This document shows positions 36,506 to 48,548 of a stretch of DNA of 50,503 nt, in pieces (within the stretch, counting starts at the first letter, position 1; each line of letters begins with the position of its first letter). The stretch comes from Octopus sinensis (taxonomy: Eukaryota): contig NW_021834312.1 in assembly GCF_006345805.1 (NCBI RefSeq), positions 1 through 50,503 of the forward strand, written 5' to 3'. The translations under genes were made by a program, and so were the position numbers. Under the pieces are notes generated by a model. The model saw nothing but the letters and a program-made list of their open reading frames with translations, was not told where the DNA came from and did not search any database.

Positions 36506-37464
36506 TTATTGCGAGGAATAGTCAACGCTTTCTTTCTGTCGTATTTCTGAAGTGTATTCTTCCAGTTTAGCTTTAGTTATTGTTGTTATTATTTCGGGTT
36601 GTTAGAAACTCAGCAGAACTAAAAACAACTTCTGTCAAAAGGATGGATGGACCTAGCGTAGATTCAAAGGCTTCTTAGCAATAGCAGGGCCCTCAGAAAT
36701 TCCGGGTTGGTGTCCAGCGCGTTTTAGGTATGTTTTCTCATGCATATACTCGCATATCTAGACTTGCGCATATATACTTAAGTGATAAACGTCTGGAAAG
36801 TTTTACACGTACGTATGTACGTGTGTGTGTATGTATGCATAGCAACGTGTATATCATTCTTAATGTAGACACATTGTTGAAAGCCTGCTACACTGAGGTA
36901 TTTGTCTCGAGATAGCATCTCTTACAGACGTATTTCGTTAAAAAAAATACGATGTATATCAGCAGCACAGGAAATTCATCCATCAGTGATGGTGGCATTG
37001 CTAAATACGCATCTCAGCTTTTTGGGGCTTCGTCACTCAACAAGAATTCCTTACATGATACGACAAAACTTGACTTTAAAAGGATTTAGCAAATCCTACC
37101 AGGTGGTGCTATTAAATTAAACATGGCCTGGGCTAATCGTTGGTCGAAACATATCTAAGTTATATACATGAACATCTATACGCATAATTCATGTATGGAC
37201 TCTCATATATATGTATGTGCGAAGTTTTTTTTAGGGCGGGGTATATATATGTGTGCATGTGAGTATGTGATGATACACACATGGTTTATTTTCCCTCTCT
37301 TTATTTCTTTCCTTTTTTATCTATGTAATTGCTTATTGAACGACATAAAAAGCAAACTTTGAATTATCCCCGTCACATTATTATGATTTGTTGAAGAATA
37401 ATTCTGAAGGACATATATTTATTTATCAACAGCTATATTGACTCACAGGCTTTCAACCTATGAC

Positions 37465-37496
<32 letters not shown>

Positions 37497-37620
37497 ATAG
37501 AAATATTAAAATTACTAAGTCTCTCTATTATTGAAAACAAGTGGATGTATTCCACTGTAACTAGGTAAATAAAATCTTCGAACAGACGGTCAGTAGCGAC
37601 ACCTGCTGGTTCTGACTACG

Positions 37621-37661
37621 CTGCATTGATAAAGGGCAACAACTCTGAAACATGTCTGCAG
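37621..37661 (+). ncRNA. Minimal type-I hammerhead ribozyme with compensatory U3-A8 core
   Basis: CTGCA-TTGATAA-AGGG caacaa CTCT-GAAA-CATG-TC^TGCAG: 5-bp stem I, 4-bp stem II (one G.U), palindromic ACATGT stem III, GUC triplet. Confidence 0.8.
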
Positions 37662-37910
37662 ATGTCTGACTAGCAAGGTGAAGCGGCTGACCTCCCCTGT
37701 TCGAAGGTTGTAATGGACGCAGATTCGTGTGTCATATAGCTAGCTAGAGGCGATGGCCTCTTGGAGCTAATCAGCGACAGCTTTAGTCTTATGTTTATAG
37801 ACTGCCATATTAGTATGGCGATAACTATTAACATATATATATATATAGTTGAAAAAATATGTGGAAAACAGGAAAAGTGGAAGAGAAATGCCTTCGTTTC
37901 ACATAGTTTA

Positions 37911-38830
37911 ATATCTTTTTATAAAGAAATTTTTTAAAATATATACATATTTTATGGATGTAGTGATGTCCCACCGGTTTTCGCTATTTAAATTAGCTTT
38001 TCAAGGGATATTGCGAAGTAATCAATTCTCGTGACAAAGGGGGCTCGCCATCTTGAGTGCTTGAAAAATAAGATGAGTCTAGAGAGTGGACCAAGGGAGG
38101 TAACAGGTGGCAAGGGGAACAACTAACTTCTCAGTATATTGAGGTGTGGTCTGTACTTTTGTATGAACAGGTTTTTCTTGTTTATGCGTTCTTGTAAGGA
38201 GATCGATTCTTTGCATTGGTATAATGGGAAGATATGAAAATTCGGCGTTTTATTACTTGCGCTTCTGTCGATGTGTTCGCTCTGGGCTATCTGCCTGTAC
38301 TGAGGAAAACGAATCTGTTCTTTATGTAACACGACTCTGCGTCTCAAAGAAAGGCTCGTTTGGCCCACATAATTTGGCCCCTGAGTGGGTTCGTACATAT
38401 ATAAGATTCTGGGATGCACATGTGAAGTTGGTCTTAATTGAGAATTTTTCTCCTTACTGGAATGTGAATTCCGGGCCTTCAGTTAGATATGGGCATGTAC
38501 CACAATTGGTCGTCTGCATTTTTTAACTGTTGGTATCGTATTTATTGAGTATAGTTTTGCATTTGTTGTGAGTCTCTTGAGGGATTTGTGTGTCTTTTGC
38601 ATTTGAGGAGTTTGTGTGTATTTAGGATGTTGTTCATTTTCGGGTCTTGACTTAAGAGAGGGAGATTTTGATTGATTGTGTTGAATGCTTCATTGTTTCT
38701 GAGGTTGTGGGTTGATATGTATGGGAGTGATTTAAAGTGAGGTGTGGTGTTTTGTTTTGTTGTCTTTAGTGTGTTTGTGTCATCCATAAAATATGTAAAT
38801 ATTTTTAAAATTTCTTTATAAAAAGATATA
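37911..38830 (-). mobile_element. Penelope-like element 3' portion with GIY-YIG endonuclease, bounded by ~50-bp inverted repeats
   Basis: ORF 38123-38419 (PNYVGQTSLSLRRRVVLHKEQIR..SEHID..FHIFPLY..FIQKYRPHLN) and upstream linker LPYISTHNLRNNEAFNTINQNLPLL. IRs at 37911-37960 and 38781-38829. Confidence 0.85.
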
Positions 38831-38894
38831 TATATATATATATATACCTGTATATATATGTATGCGTTTATGTATATATATATACACACACACA

Positions 38895-38936
<42 letters not shown>

Positions 38937-38956
38937 CAAAGTGAGTTGTTGTAAGG

Positions 38957-38989
<33 letters not shown>

Positions 38990-39100
38990 TATATAATATA
39001 TATATATATAATATCTTTTTATTACATATTTTATGGATGACACACACAACACACTAAGGACAACAAAACAAAACATATACATATATATTATATATATATA

Positions 39101-39149
<49 letters not shown>

Positions 39150-39499
39150 CACACACATACATATGATAGATAAATATACTTTGCACATTCAGAAGAAAAA
39201 GGAAGTCAAGAGAATAGCGTTCGTGTCACAGATAATACGGCCAGACAGGTTTAGAAGTTGTGACGTCAATAACTTAACAACCAATCAGGAGCTCCAGACA
39301 CACTCTACTAACTTGCGACAAAAGCGTAAGAAAATGTCTGAAACATAATCGCACACACATACACACACACACACACACATACCTATCTACAAGTATTATT
39401 GTTCATTCCTATATATACGTGTGAGAGTGTGTATGTATGTATTTATATATACATATACATACAAAAATCTATAAATGTACGTGTGTATGTGCATTTCAC

Positions 39500-39698
39500 T
39501 ACTGCCCACAAGGGGCTAAACACAGAGGGGACAAACGGATTATGTCGATTACATCGAAACAGTGCGTAACTGGTACTTAATTTATCGACCCCGAAAGGAT
39601 GAAAGGCAAAGTCGACCTCGGCGGAATTTGAACTCAGAATGTAACTGCAGACGAAATACGGCTACGCATTTCGTCCGGCGTGCTAACGAGTCTGCCAG
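39500..39698 (-). mobile_element. SINE family A
   Basis: Reverse core and B-box. Confidence 0.88.
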
Positions 39699-40062
39699 TG
39701 TGTATGTGTGGTGTGTGTGTGTGTGTGTGTGTGTGTGGTATGTCGATAGCATTATAACCCCAGCTGGGCCCTCTTGAATCTCCCCTGCATACTCCACTCG
39801 TCCAAAAGCTCTATGTAGATGTTATATTTGAGTGAGGTATGCATAGAGTTGAAGAATACTGGAAAATATTTCTCGCAGAGTATTACATATCAAAACAGGA
39901 GATTGGAGAAAATTTTGGTATTCTCTATTTACCATTACATATGTTTCATTTGCTAATAGGAGTTACCGAATTGCACACGAAGAAGAAACATCTAAGAAAT
40001 CTCTCAAAATTAGAGAATCAAATGATACAAATTTTACGTTCTAATGAAAGCATTCATATATA

Positions 40063-40500
40063 TGAAGCGCAGGAGTGTCTGTGTGGTAAGTAGCTTGCTT
40101 ACCAACCACATGGTTCCGGGTTCAGTCCCACTGCATGGTACCTTAGGCAAGTGTCTTCTACTATAGCTTCCGGCCGACTAAACCTTGTGAGTGGATTTGG
40201 TAGACGGAAACTGAAAGAATCCCGTCTTATATATGTGTATATATATATGTATGTATGTGTGTGTGTGTGTGTGTGTGCGTTTGTGTGTCTGTGTTTGTCC
40301 CCCCAACATCGCTTGACAACCGATGCGGGTGTGTTTACGTCCCCGTCACTTAGCGGTTCGGCAAAAGAGGCAGATAGAATAAGTACTAGGCTTACAAAGA
40401 ATAAATCCTGGGGTCGATTTGATCGACTAAAGGCGGTGCTCCAGCTTGGCGACAGTCAAATGATTGAAACAAGTAAAAGAGAGTAAAAGAGTAAGAGTAT
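40063..40500 (+). mobile_element. SINE family B
   Basis: Full-length copy with (AAAGAGT)n tail. Confidence 0.92.
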
Positions 40501-40501
40501 G

Positions 40502-40533
<32 letters not shown>

Positions 40534-40707
40534 TTATAAATTCAATGTAATGAATATAAACAGTGAAATGTGGCAGACAAGGAAGAACAGACAGAGAAAC
40601 TGGACAGAAAGTGGATAGAAATTCAAGGAGGCAAAATAAAAATTGATGTCTTGTACAAATGCACGTTAGCAACAACATGGTGGAAGTGCTTGAATTAATG
40701 GTCAGAT

Positions 40708-41132
40708 GAAAGGTGGCGAGCTGGCAAAAGCGTTAGCACGCCAGGCGAAATGCGTAGCCGTATTTCTTCTGCCGTTACGTTCTGAGTTCAAATTCCTCCG
40801 AGGTCGACTTTACCTTTAATCCTTTCGGGGTCGATAAAAGTAAGTACCAGTTACGCACTGGGGTCGATGTAATCGATTTAATCCGTTTGTCTGTCCTTGT
40901 TTGTCCTCTCTGTGTTTAGCCCCTTGTGGGCAGTAAAGAAATAGGTATTTCGTCTGCCGTTACGTTCTGAGTTCAAATTCCGCCGAGGTCGACTTTACCT
41001 TTCATCCTTTCGGGGTCGATAAAAGTAAGTACCAGTTACGCACTGGGGTCGATGTAATCGACTTAATCCGTTTGTCTGTCCTTGTTTGTCCTCTCTGTGT
41101 TTAGCCCCTTGTGGGTAGTAAAGAAATAGGTA
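40708..41132 (+). mobile_element. SINE family A concatemer
   Basis: Junction gtaaagaaatagg|tatttcgtctgccg at about 40945; the two units are nearly identical. Confidence 0.9.
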
Positions 41133-41610
41133 GATGTCTTCAGATTCATAAGTATGTGGATGTGTGTGTGTGTGTGTGTGTATACGTGTGTTGTGTGTGT
41201 GTGTGCGTGTGTGTGTGTGTGTGTGTGTACGTGTGGGACTGTGCAAGATATATTCTGGGAGAGGGAGGGAAAAGGAAGAGAATAGTGTATAAGTCTCCAA
41301 AATGTGTGCTGTGAATTCTGAAATGGTCTGAGCTGTCTGCCAGCCAGGCCAAACCCAGACATGCCGAACCCCAAAAAAGGCTCCAGGATTTGATACGAAA
41401 ATTTTGTGCGGTCAACAACCATTGAGATATTTAAAAAACAAAACAAACAAAAAACAGTCATGTATTGAAGAAGCTGAGAGCATCATCTTAGTTTCCAGCC
41501 AGTCGTCGTTAGAAGCTGAGTCGGATAAATGACGTCATCACAATTTAATTGACTGGAGAGGAAGAAGTCTGGGACTAGCGGCATTATTAGACAATATGAA
41601 GTGAGAAACT

Positions 41611-42150
41611 GTCTGTGCGTGTGTGTCTTTGTGTGTATGTATGTGTATGTATGTGTGTGTATGCGTGTGAGTGTTATGTGTGTATGTGTGTGTATATGCG
41701 TGTGTGTGTGTCTTTGTGTGCATGCGTATGTATGTATGTGTGTGTATGCGTGTGTGTATGCGTGTGTGTATGCGTGTGTTTGTGTCTTTGTGTGTATGCG
41801 TGTGTATGCGTCTGCGTATGTTTGTGTATATGCATGCGTGTGTCTTTGTGTGTATGTGGGGGTATGCATGTGTGTATGTGTGTATATGTGCGTGTGTGTA
41901 TATCTGTGAGCGTGTGTGAGTATATGTGTATGTGTGTATATGTGTATGTGCGCGTGTGAGTGTGTGTGTGCGCGTGTGTGTGTACATATGTATGTTTCTT
42001 TGTTATACACATTTGTGTATATATATGTATATACATGCGAGTCGATTTAGTGGAGGAAAACTTAAAGCAGCTTGTCGTATATATATATACGTGAGTGTGT
42101 GCATGTGCATTTGTGTGTGCATGTGTGTGCGTGTGTGAGAGTGCGTGTGT
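41611..42150. repeat. Complex (TG)-rich low-complexity array
   Basis: Mixed TG/TATG/TGCG units. Confidence 0.9.
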
Positions 42151-42304
42151 CATTGTGCCTGCATTTGTACACACATCCCCCCCACACACACACACCGCTT
42201 GACAAAGTTTACTGGTGTGGTTAGGTCCCCGTAGCCTAGCGTTTCGATCCTGGCACCTTTATCTGACGACATGCTAAACAGAACTGCAGATGGATACAAA
42301 TGTT

Positions 42305-43948
42305 ACGGCAAACCAATCAGCCATCTCTTAAAAATATGGATGACCTAAACCTGTACGCTACGAATGATAAACAACTGGAAACATTTCTAGAGACAGTACA
42401 AAGATTTACCAAAGAAATAAACATGAAATTTGGATTAGAAAAATGTGCCGAAGCAACCTTGAAATGAGGAAAACTAGCTAAGAGTAGCAACATCACACTA
42501 GATAAAGTAAATGAAATAAGAGAATTAGACCAAAGCCAGACATACAAATACTTAAGAATCAATGAACTAGATACGATACAACACACACAAATGAAAGAGA
42601 AAATAAGAAAAGAATACGATAGACGAGTTAGATAAATACTGAAAACAGAGCAGAATGCGAGAAACAAGATAATAGGTCTCAACACTCCAGTCGTCCCAGT
42701 TGTAAGTTACGACTACAATATTTTTAAGGGAACTCTAAATGAACTGAGCAAAATAGATAGGAAAACAAAGAATTAAATAATGACAGGACTTAGGATGCAC
42801 GACCCAAAATCTGACATAGAAAGGTTGTATGTACGAAGGTGGTAGAGGCCTTATGCAGCTAGAAAGCTATTACAAAATAACCACCATAGGACTTCTAAAA
42901 TACCTACTTCAGAAGCGAGGAAAACTAATACAAATAGCCACAAAACACGAACAAAACAAAAAACTGTTTTCAGTCTTTGAGGAAGCCGGCAAATACAAAA
43001 AAAAAGTGATAGTACCTAACAATTATGAAGAGAAGATGAAGAAACAACAAAAGCTGTAAAACAACTGAAATCCAAACTAAAACTGGAACAGCAAGAGATC
43101 ATGATAAAACGATGGCAAGAAAAGCCTCTTCAATGGCAAATACGGGACTAAACTAAACAGAAAAGAAATAGACAAAGCAAAATCCAAGCAATGGTTGAGA
43201 AGCTCAGGACTCACAGCAGAAACAGAGGGATTTTTTATTGCAGCACAAGACCAAAGCCTCCTCACCAGAATTTACCAAAAACATGTAATCAAAAGAAATA
43301 CAAGTAACTGCGAAATATGTGGAGATGGACAAGAAACAATAAATCATATTCTCTCTGGCTGCCCAGTCGTGGCTAAGAAGGAATATTTTTTAAAAAACGA
43401 CAGGGTTAGGACTTCTATACACTGGAAGCTATTCCACGTCAAGCAATGACAACAGAAAATACGTGGAATAGGCCACGGAAAATGAGAAAGCAACCATACT
43501 CTGGGATATGCCGATACACACAGATAGAGAAATTAAGGCCAATAGCCCGAATATAGGCGTCAGAGTTCATGAAGAAAAAAATGCTTTCTAATTGATGTAT
43601 CAATACCAGCAGATGACAACGTTTCTCTAAAAGAAATGGTGAAACTTTCAAAATAAAAAGATCTGGAAATAGAGGTAACTCGAATGTCGAGTCTAAAAAC
43701 AGAAACAATTCCTGTCATAGAAGGCGTATTAGGTATGATAAAATGCATCCAGACAAATACATAACAAAAACACCAGGACTTACAAACACATATAACATAC
43801 AGAAAATTGCACTACTAGGCACTGCACACATCCTACGCAGAACACTTTCCATCAGAGCATCACAACAAATCACAGCACATACCCAAGGCACACAGAGCTG
43901 CGCTCGGTAGTGAAGTGAAAGCACATTATAAATATAAAACTACTGAAT
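42305..43948 (+). mobile_element. R4/Dong-like LINE family A, 5'-truncated, degenerate
   Basis: Collinear with 9471-10930, extending to HLL..MDDLNLYA. Same 3' UTR (..gctgcgctcggtagtgaagtgaaagcac..actactgaat) followed by (TAA)n. Confidence 0.92.
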
Positions 43949-44002
43949 AATAATAATAACAATAATAATAATATTAACAACAACAACAACAGCAACAACA
44001 AC

Positions 44003-44066
<64 letters not shown>

Positions 44067-44640
44067 GAGGCTGTAACTGAAGGAGAAAATGTAACGATTC
44101 TGTGGGACTTTCCAGTACATACAGACCGAACCATCAAGGCCAATAAACCAGATATTGTTGTGAAAGACAAAAACAATAAAGTTTGCTTATTGATCGACAT
44201 GAGCATCCCCTGTGATCATAATATCTCAGCGAAAGAGTTTGATAAGCTCGGAAAATATAAAGACCTACTCATTGAATTGAGAAAATGTGGCATCTCAAGG
44301 CGGTTACAATACCAGTATCGTGGAGCACTAGGAATGATCAAGAAAGGAACCGAAAATTATATGAGAATGATCCCTGGCTTACCATCCCTGCCAAGAAGTG
44401 CAAAAGATTGTCTTAACTGGTACATACACGTATTGATAAGAGCATTATCGATGTGAGAATTATTACTACTACCCATGTATTTTAATTAACTTAAAAGTAA
44501 TAAAATTTTAAAATGAACGAACTATTGAGTTTAGTTTAATGGCCTACCAATGGATACTATGAGTTTTTTGCCCAGGAGTCGGGAAGACACTCGGCAAGAA
44601 ATGGAAGAAATTTGAAAGAAGAAAAAAGAAAGAAAAAAAA
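44067..44640 (+). mobile_element. R4/Dong-like LINE, REL endonuclease and 3' end (third family)
   Basis: ILWDFPVHTDRTIKANKPDIVVKDKNNKVCLLIDMSIP..EFDKLGKYKDL..GALG; flanked by (TAA)n. Confidence 0.88.
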
Positions 44641-44717
44641 ATAATAATAATAATAATAATAATAATGATGATGATGATGATGATGATAATAATAATAATA
44701 ACAATAATAACATTATT

Positions 44718-44754
<37 letters not shown>

Positions 44755-45454
44755 TAAATGACCACTCCTAGAAGTACGATTCACCCTAAATCTGTTTCGT
44801 GACGTTTTTTTTTTACACCACGGGAATGTTGGAAGGCGGGTTTTGTTGACGTTGATTGAATCGTAGCTCTTAGAAATATCTTTAACGTCCTGTTTTGACT
44901 CATGCAATCAAATAAAGTTTAAACATTTGTTCTGAGAATTTTATTAACTTTCCAAATATGTAAATAAAACATATAATTAAATACTGTGGCTGCTCAATAA
45001 AACCCCAATCTCTCGTATATTTTGGCTCTCGTTCCATATGAATCTATGCGTCCAGTTTCGATATAAATCTATGCGTGAAGGTACCACGCAATAACGACTG
45101 AGTTTCGAAAAAGATTTAAGAGAATTGTTCCATGTATGGAACAATATTTCTGTTCGAGAGGAATTACTTCAAGAATCAACAGCCATTCACCGTTCAATGA
45201 ACATCGAAATAATTGCTAATTATCTCAGCAGAAGTCATCCATGTTTACATGAGATCCAAATGCTAAAGAAACCAAATACTTTAATAAGAAAGCCTTGCTA
45301 CATGGTAAATCTAATAAAAAAACATTTGCTACATTCAACCTAAGCTACATGGCAAAACTAACTTTTTAAAAATTCTTTGTTACGTGGTCACAGTAACAAG
45401 AAAACTTCACTACATGTTAAATTTAATAACAAAAAGATTTGCTGCATGGTTAAC

Positions 45455-45672
45455 CTAATAAAAGACGAAGACAGGTGGTGTACAAAACAAACAGATGTAT
45501 TAGTATAACGCTCAGGAGTAGAAAAAGTCTTTTACGTTTCGAGCCTACGCTCTTCTACAGAAAGGGATACAGACAAAAACAAGGAGAGAAAAAAATGTAT
45601 GTAGTGGCTAACGATCTATCATGGTGACTGACTTCGGACAAAAGGGTCACACACGAGAGGGAAGAAGTAGGG
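45455..45672 (-). mobile_element. PLE-like terminus with U6-variant hammerhead-like motif (45529-45564)
   Basis: Reverse: CTTT-CTGTAGA-A-GAGC gtag GCTC-GAAA-CG-TA-AAAG; homologous to 18280-18480 and 33400-33650. Confidence 0.7.
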
Positions 45673-45750
<78 letters not shown>

Positions 45751-45784
45751 GTATAAGGATGAAAGGAACACACGAGTTGATAAA

Positions 45785-46225
45785 TATGAAAAAATAAGTC
45801 AAAATGGAAAATGCTAAAATGATTTTATAAAGAATTTCAGTACCGGTTTCAGTCATTTTGAGACCTTTTCAACTGTAACGATTAAATAATTAAATTTAAA
45901 AAAATTAAAAGAAATTTTTTTTAAGGAATATTTGTATAGTGTTCAAATATAAGTGGCATTTTCCTTGTTTCTGCCTTGCTCTGTCTCTCTTGTTCACACT
46001 TGTGGGTTCGAGGTCGTTGTGAACAAGAGAGACAGAGCAAGGCAGAAAAAGGAAAATGCCACTTAACATTTGAACACTATACAAATATTCTTTTAAAAAA
46101 CATTTTTTAATTTTCTAAATTTAATTATTTAATCGTTACAGTTGAAAAGGTCTCAAAATGACTGAAACCGGTACTGAAATTTTCTTTATAAAATCATTTT
46201 AGCATTTCTATTTTGACTTATTTTT

Positions 46226-46230
<5 letters not shown>
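45785..46230. repeat. ~214-bp-arm fold-back palindrome with a U3-A8 hammerhead-like motif in each arm
   Basis: Arms 45785-45998 and 46018-46230; 19-nt spacer cttgtgggttcgaggtcgt. Motifs at 45838-45875 (-) and 46139-46176 (+). Confidence 0.92.
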
Positions 46231-46305
<75 letters not shown>

Positions 46306-46325
46306 TATACATATATACATACTAC

Positions 46326-46371
<46 letters not shown>

Positions 46372-46390
46372 GTATATACATATACACGCA

Positions 46391-46434
<44 letters not shown>

Positions 46435-47094
46435 TTAACTGAATGCCGCTCATCCTTTTCCAACTATATTTTAACCCTTTTGATGCAACTCTACTCAATA
46501 TTGTTTTCTTCCCCATCCTTCTCTAATTCCCTTTTTCTCTTCTTCACTGTTTTCTGTCTCTCTCTCCCCCTCTTTCTCTTGTTCTCTCTCTCGTTGCTCA
46601 CACGTGACCATCTTCCATCTTTCTTTTCCTCAAATGACCATCTTTCTTTTCCGGCACGAACGTTCTAAGGATTGGACGGCTTCTATCTCTCTCTTCTTTC
46701 TGTCATCTTTTCAAAGAAAAAATTTCTTCCAGCATTCATTATCTTTCCCCTCGTTGTGATCAAAAGACCCTCCATGTTTGTTTTTGTTCGGTTTCCTTGA
46801 TGTCTCCACTGTCCCTTTTTAGTTCTCAACTTTAACCCTCCATAAAATCTAAAATTGATTTTGGAAGTTATAGGACCAACTATCTTCGAAGACTCATATT
46901 GTCGTTGAATGCTCGAAATGATGAGTAGACAGACACCGGGCAACTGATGAAGGATTCTTTATGTTACTTGTCCGGTTTTCAATTTTTTTCTCTCGTTGTT
47001 TACATATTTAACTGTTTGTTTTCCGATTTCATGTTTTTTACAGTTTGATGACGTCCTGTACCCATATATATATATAATATATATATATATATAT

Positions 47095-47119
<25 letters not shown>

Positions 47120-47127
<8 letters not shown>

Positions 47128-48022
47128 CTACATGGTGTGGAAAATCGGTGTGTGTTTGTGACGTTGTTAGCTAACTCGTCCTACATCGTCTTATTGATTT
47201 TGATGAAACTTGACACGTGAGTAGAATTCATGTCTGGAAACCTCGTGACATTTAGATTGTTGAAAAAATCGATAATAAGGCCCTTCCAATGGATCCTTCT
47301 ATCTACTACATATTACTAATATTTTATTTAAACAACCCAAGGGAATTAACCCATAACACCTGCAGATTTTAGCGAAGTGATTAATATTTGATTCTCACGA
47401 TCAGCCAACCCAATTCTGCATTTCACTACTCACAGTTTTGAACTGCTAAACATTATTATTGCACTTCCTTGATTTGAATCTTAAACCTTAAAGACTTCAT
47501 TCATACGTTTCTATACATACATACATTTTTGAATGCCCATTACTCCGATAATTCTGCATTTTTACAGTTACACTTTTTCCATAACTGTAGATAATTTTTT
47601 TTTATCCACAATGTATATGTTGTGGCGTCATGCAGGCATAGCGTGAATTTGATCCCCGATTGCCAAATTTCACTTAACATTTCAACAGTGATTTTCTCAC
47701 GGTAAAACAATAGTTTTTCGGTGAATGACAGCAGTTATATATTTCCCAGATGCCTTCGCTAAGCCGAGTGTCTTTGCCTCTTGCCAAACTCCAACAACCT
47801 CTCTCACCAACCTCCGACAATCTTTCTTCCCAACCTCCGAAAACCTCTCTCGCCAGCCTCCAACAATCTCTCCCTCCTCCAGCTGACAGTTTTTGTACTT
47901 TTTTTGTGATGGAAAATACACCTTTTGTGGCAGTTATAACGAAATAATTGCTTTCTCATACCAGAGTAATATGGCGTTTCAATAGAACATCTTTACCCCC
48001 GGGAATTACCGGATACACTAGC
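47120..48022 (-). mobile_element. Possible non-autonomous Helitron/Helentron-like element
   Basis: Reverse begins actagctagtgtatccggtaattcccggggg; contains gatgaaacttgacac shared with the 20650 family; ends near a CA/TA tract. Confidence 0.4.
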
Positions 48023-48034
48023 TAGTGTATATAT

Positions 48035-48066
<32 letters not shown>

Positions 48067-48363
48067 GATATGTATGTATGTTATGTATGTATATAATCAA
48101 AATAAGTAACAAGGATATCCAAAGATAGTGTAGTAAATCGTTTCATGCTACTTCATTTAATTAAACAATGTAAGTATTATATCAGTTTTAAAATGTTGAG
48201 CAATCTTCAGCCACATATGGAATTTTTTTATTAAATTGACAATGTTCATTTTTATACTTATTCCATTTGCCAACATTACAAAGAGGGTGGGTATATAGAC
48301 AGAGAGGTGAATTTCATCAGTAAAAACATGGTAGTAGAAGATTTTACTCGTGGGTAGATTTCT

Positions 48364-48459
<96 letters not shown>

Positions 48460-48494
48460 ATGTATGTTGTATGTATATATATATAAGCAGGATA

Positions 48495-48548
<54 letters not shown>

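Noticed and set aside
37120-37160. ggcc..ggtc-GAAA-cata-tc, 3' half of a hammerhead
   Set aside because: No recognisable core upstream.
46936-46975. CTGATGA with an 8-bp stem I (ccgggcaa/ttgtccgg)
   Set aside because: No GAAA or closing stem II. Probably a deleted hammerhead remnant, so not called.
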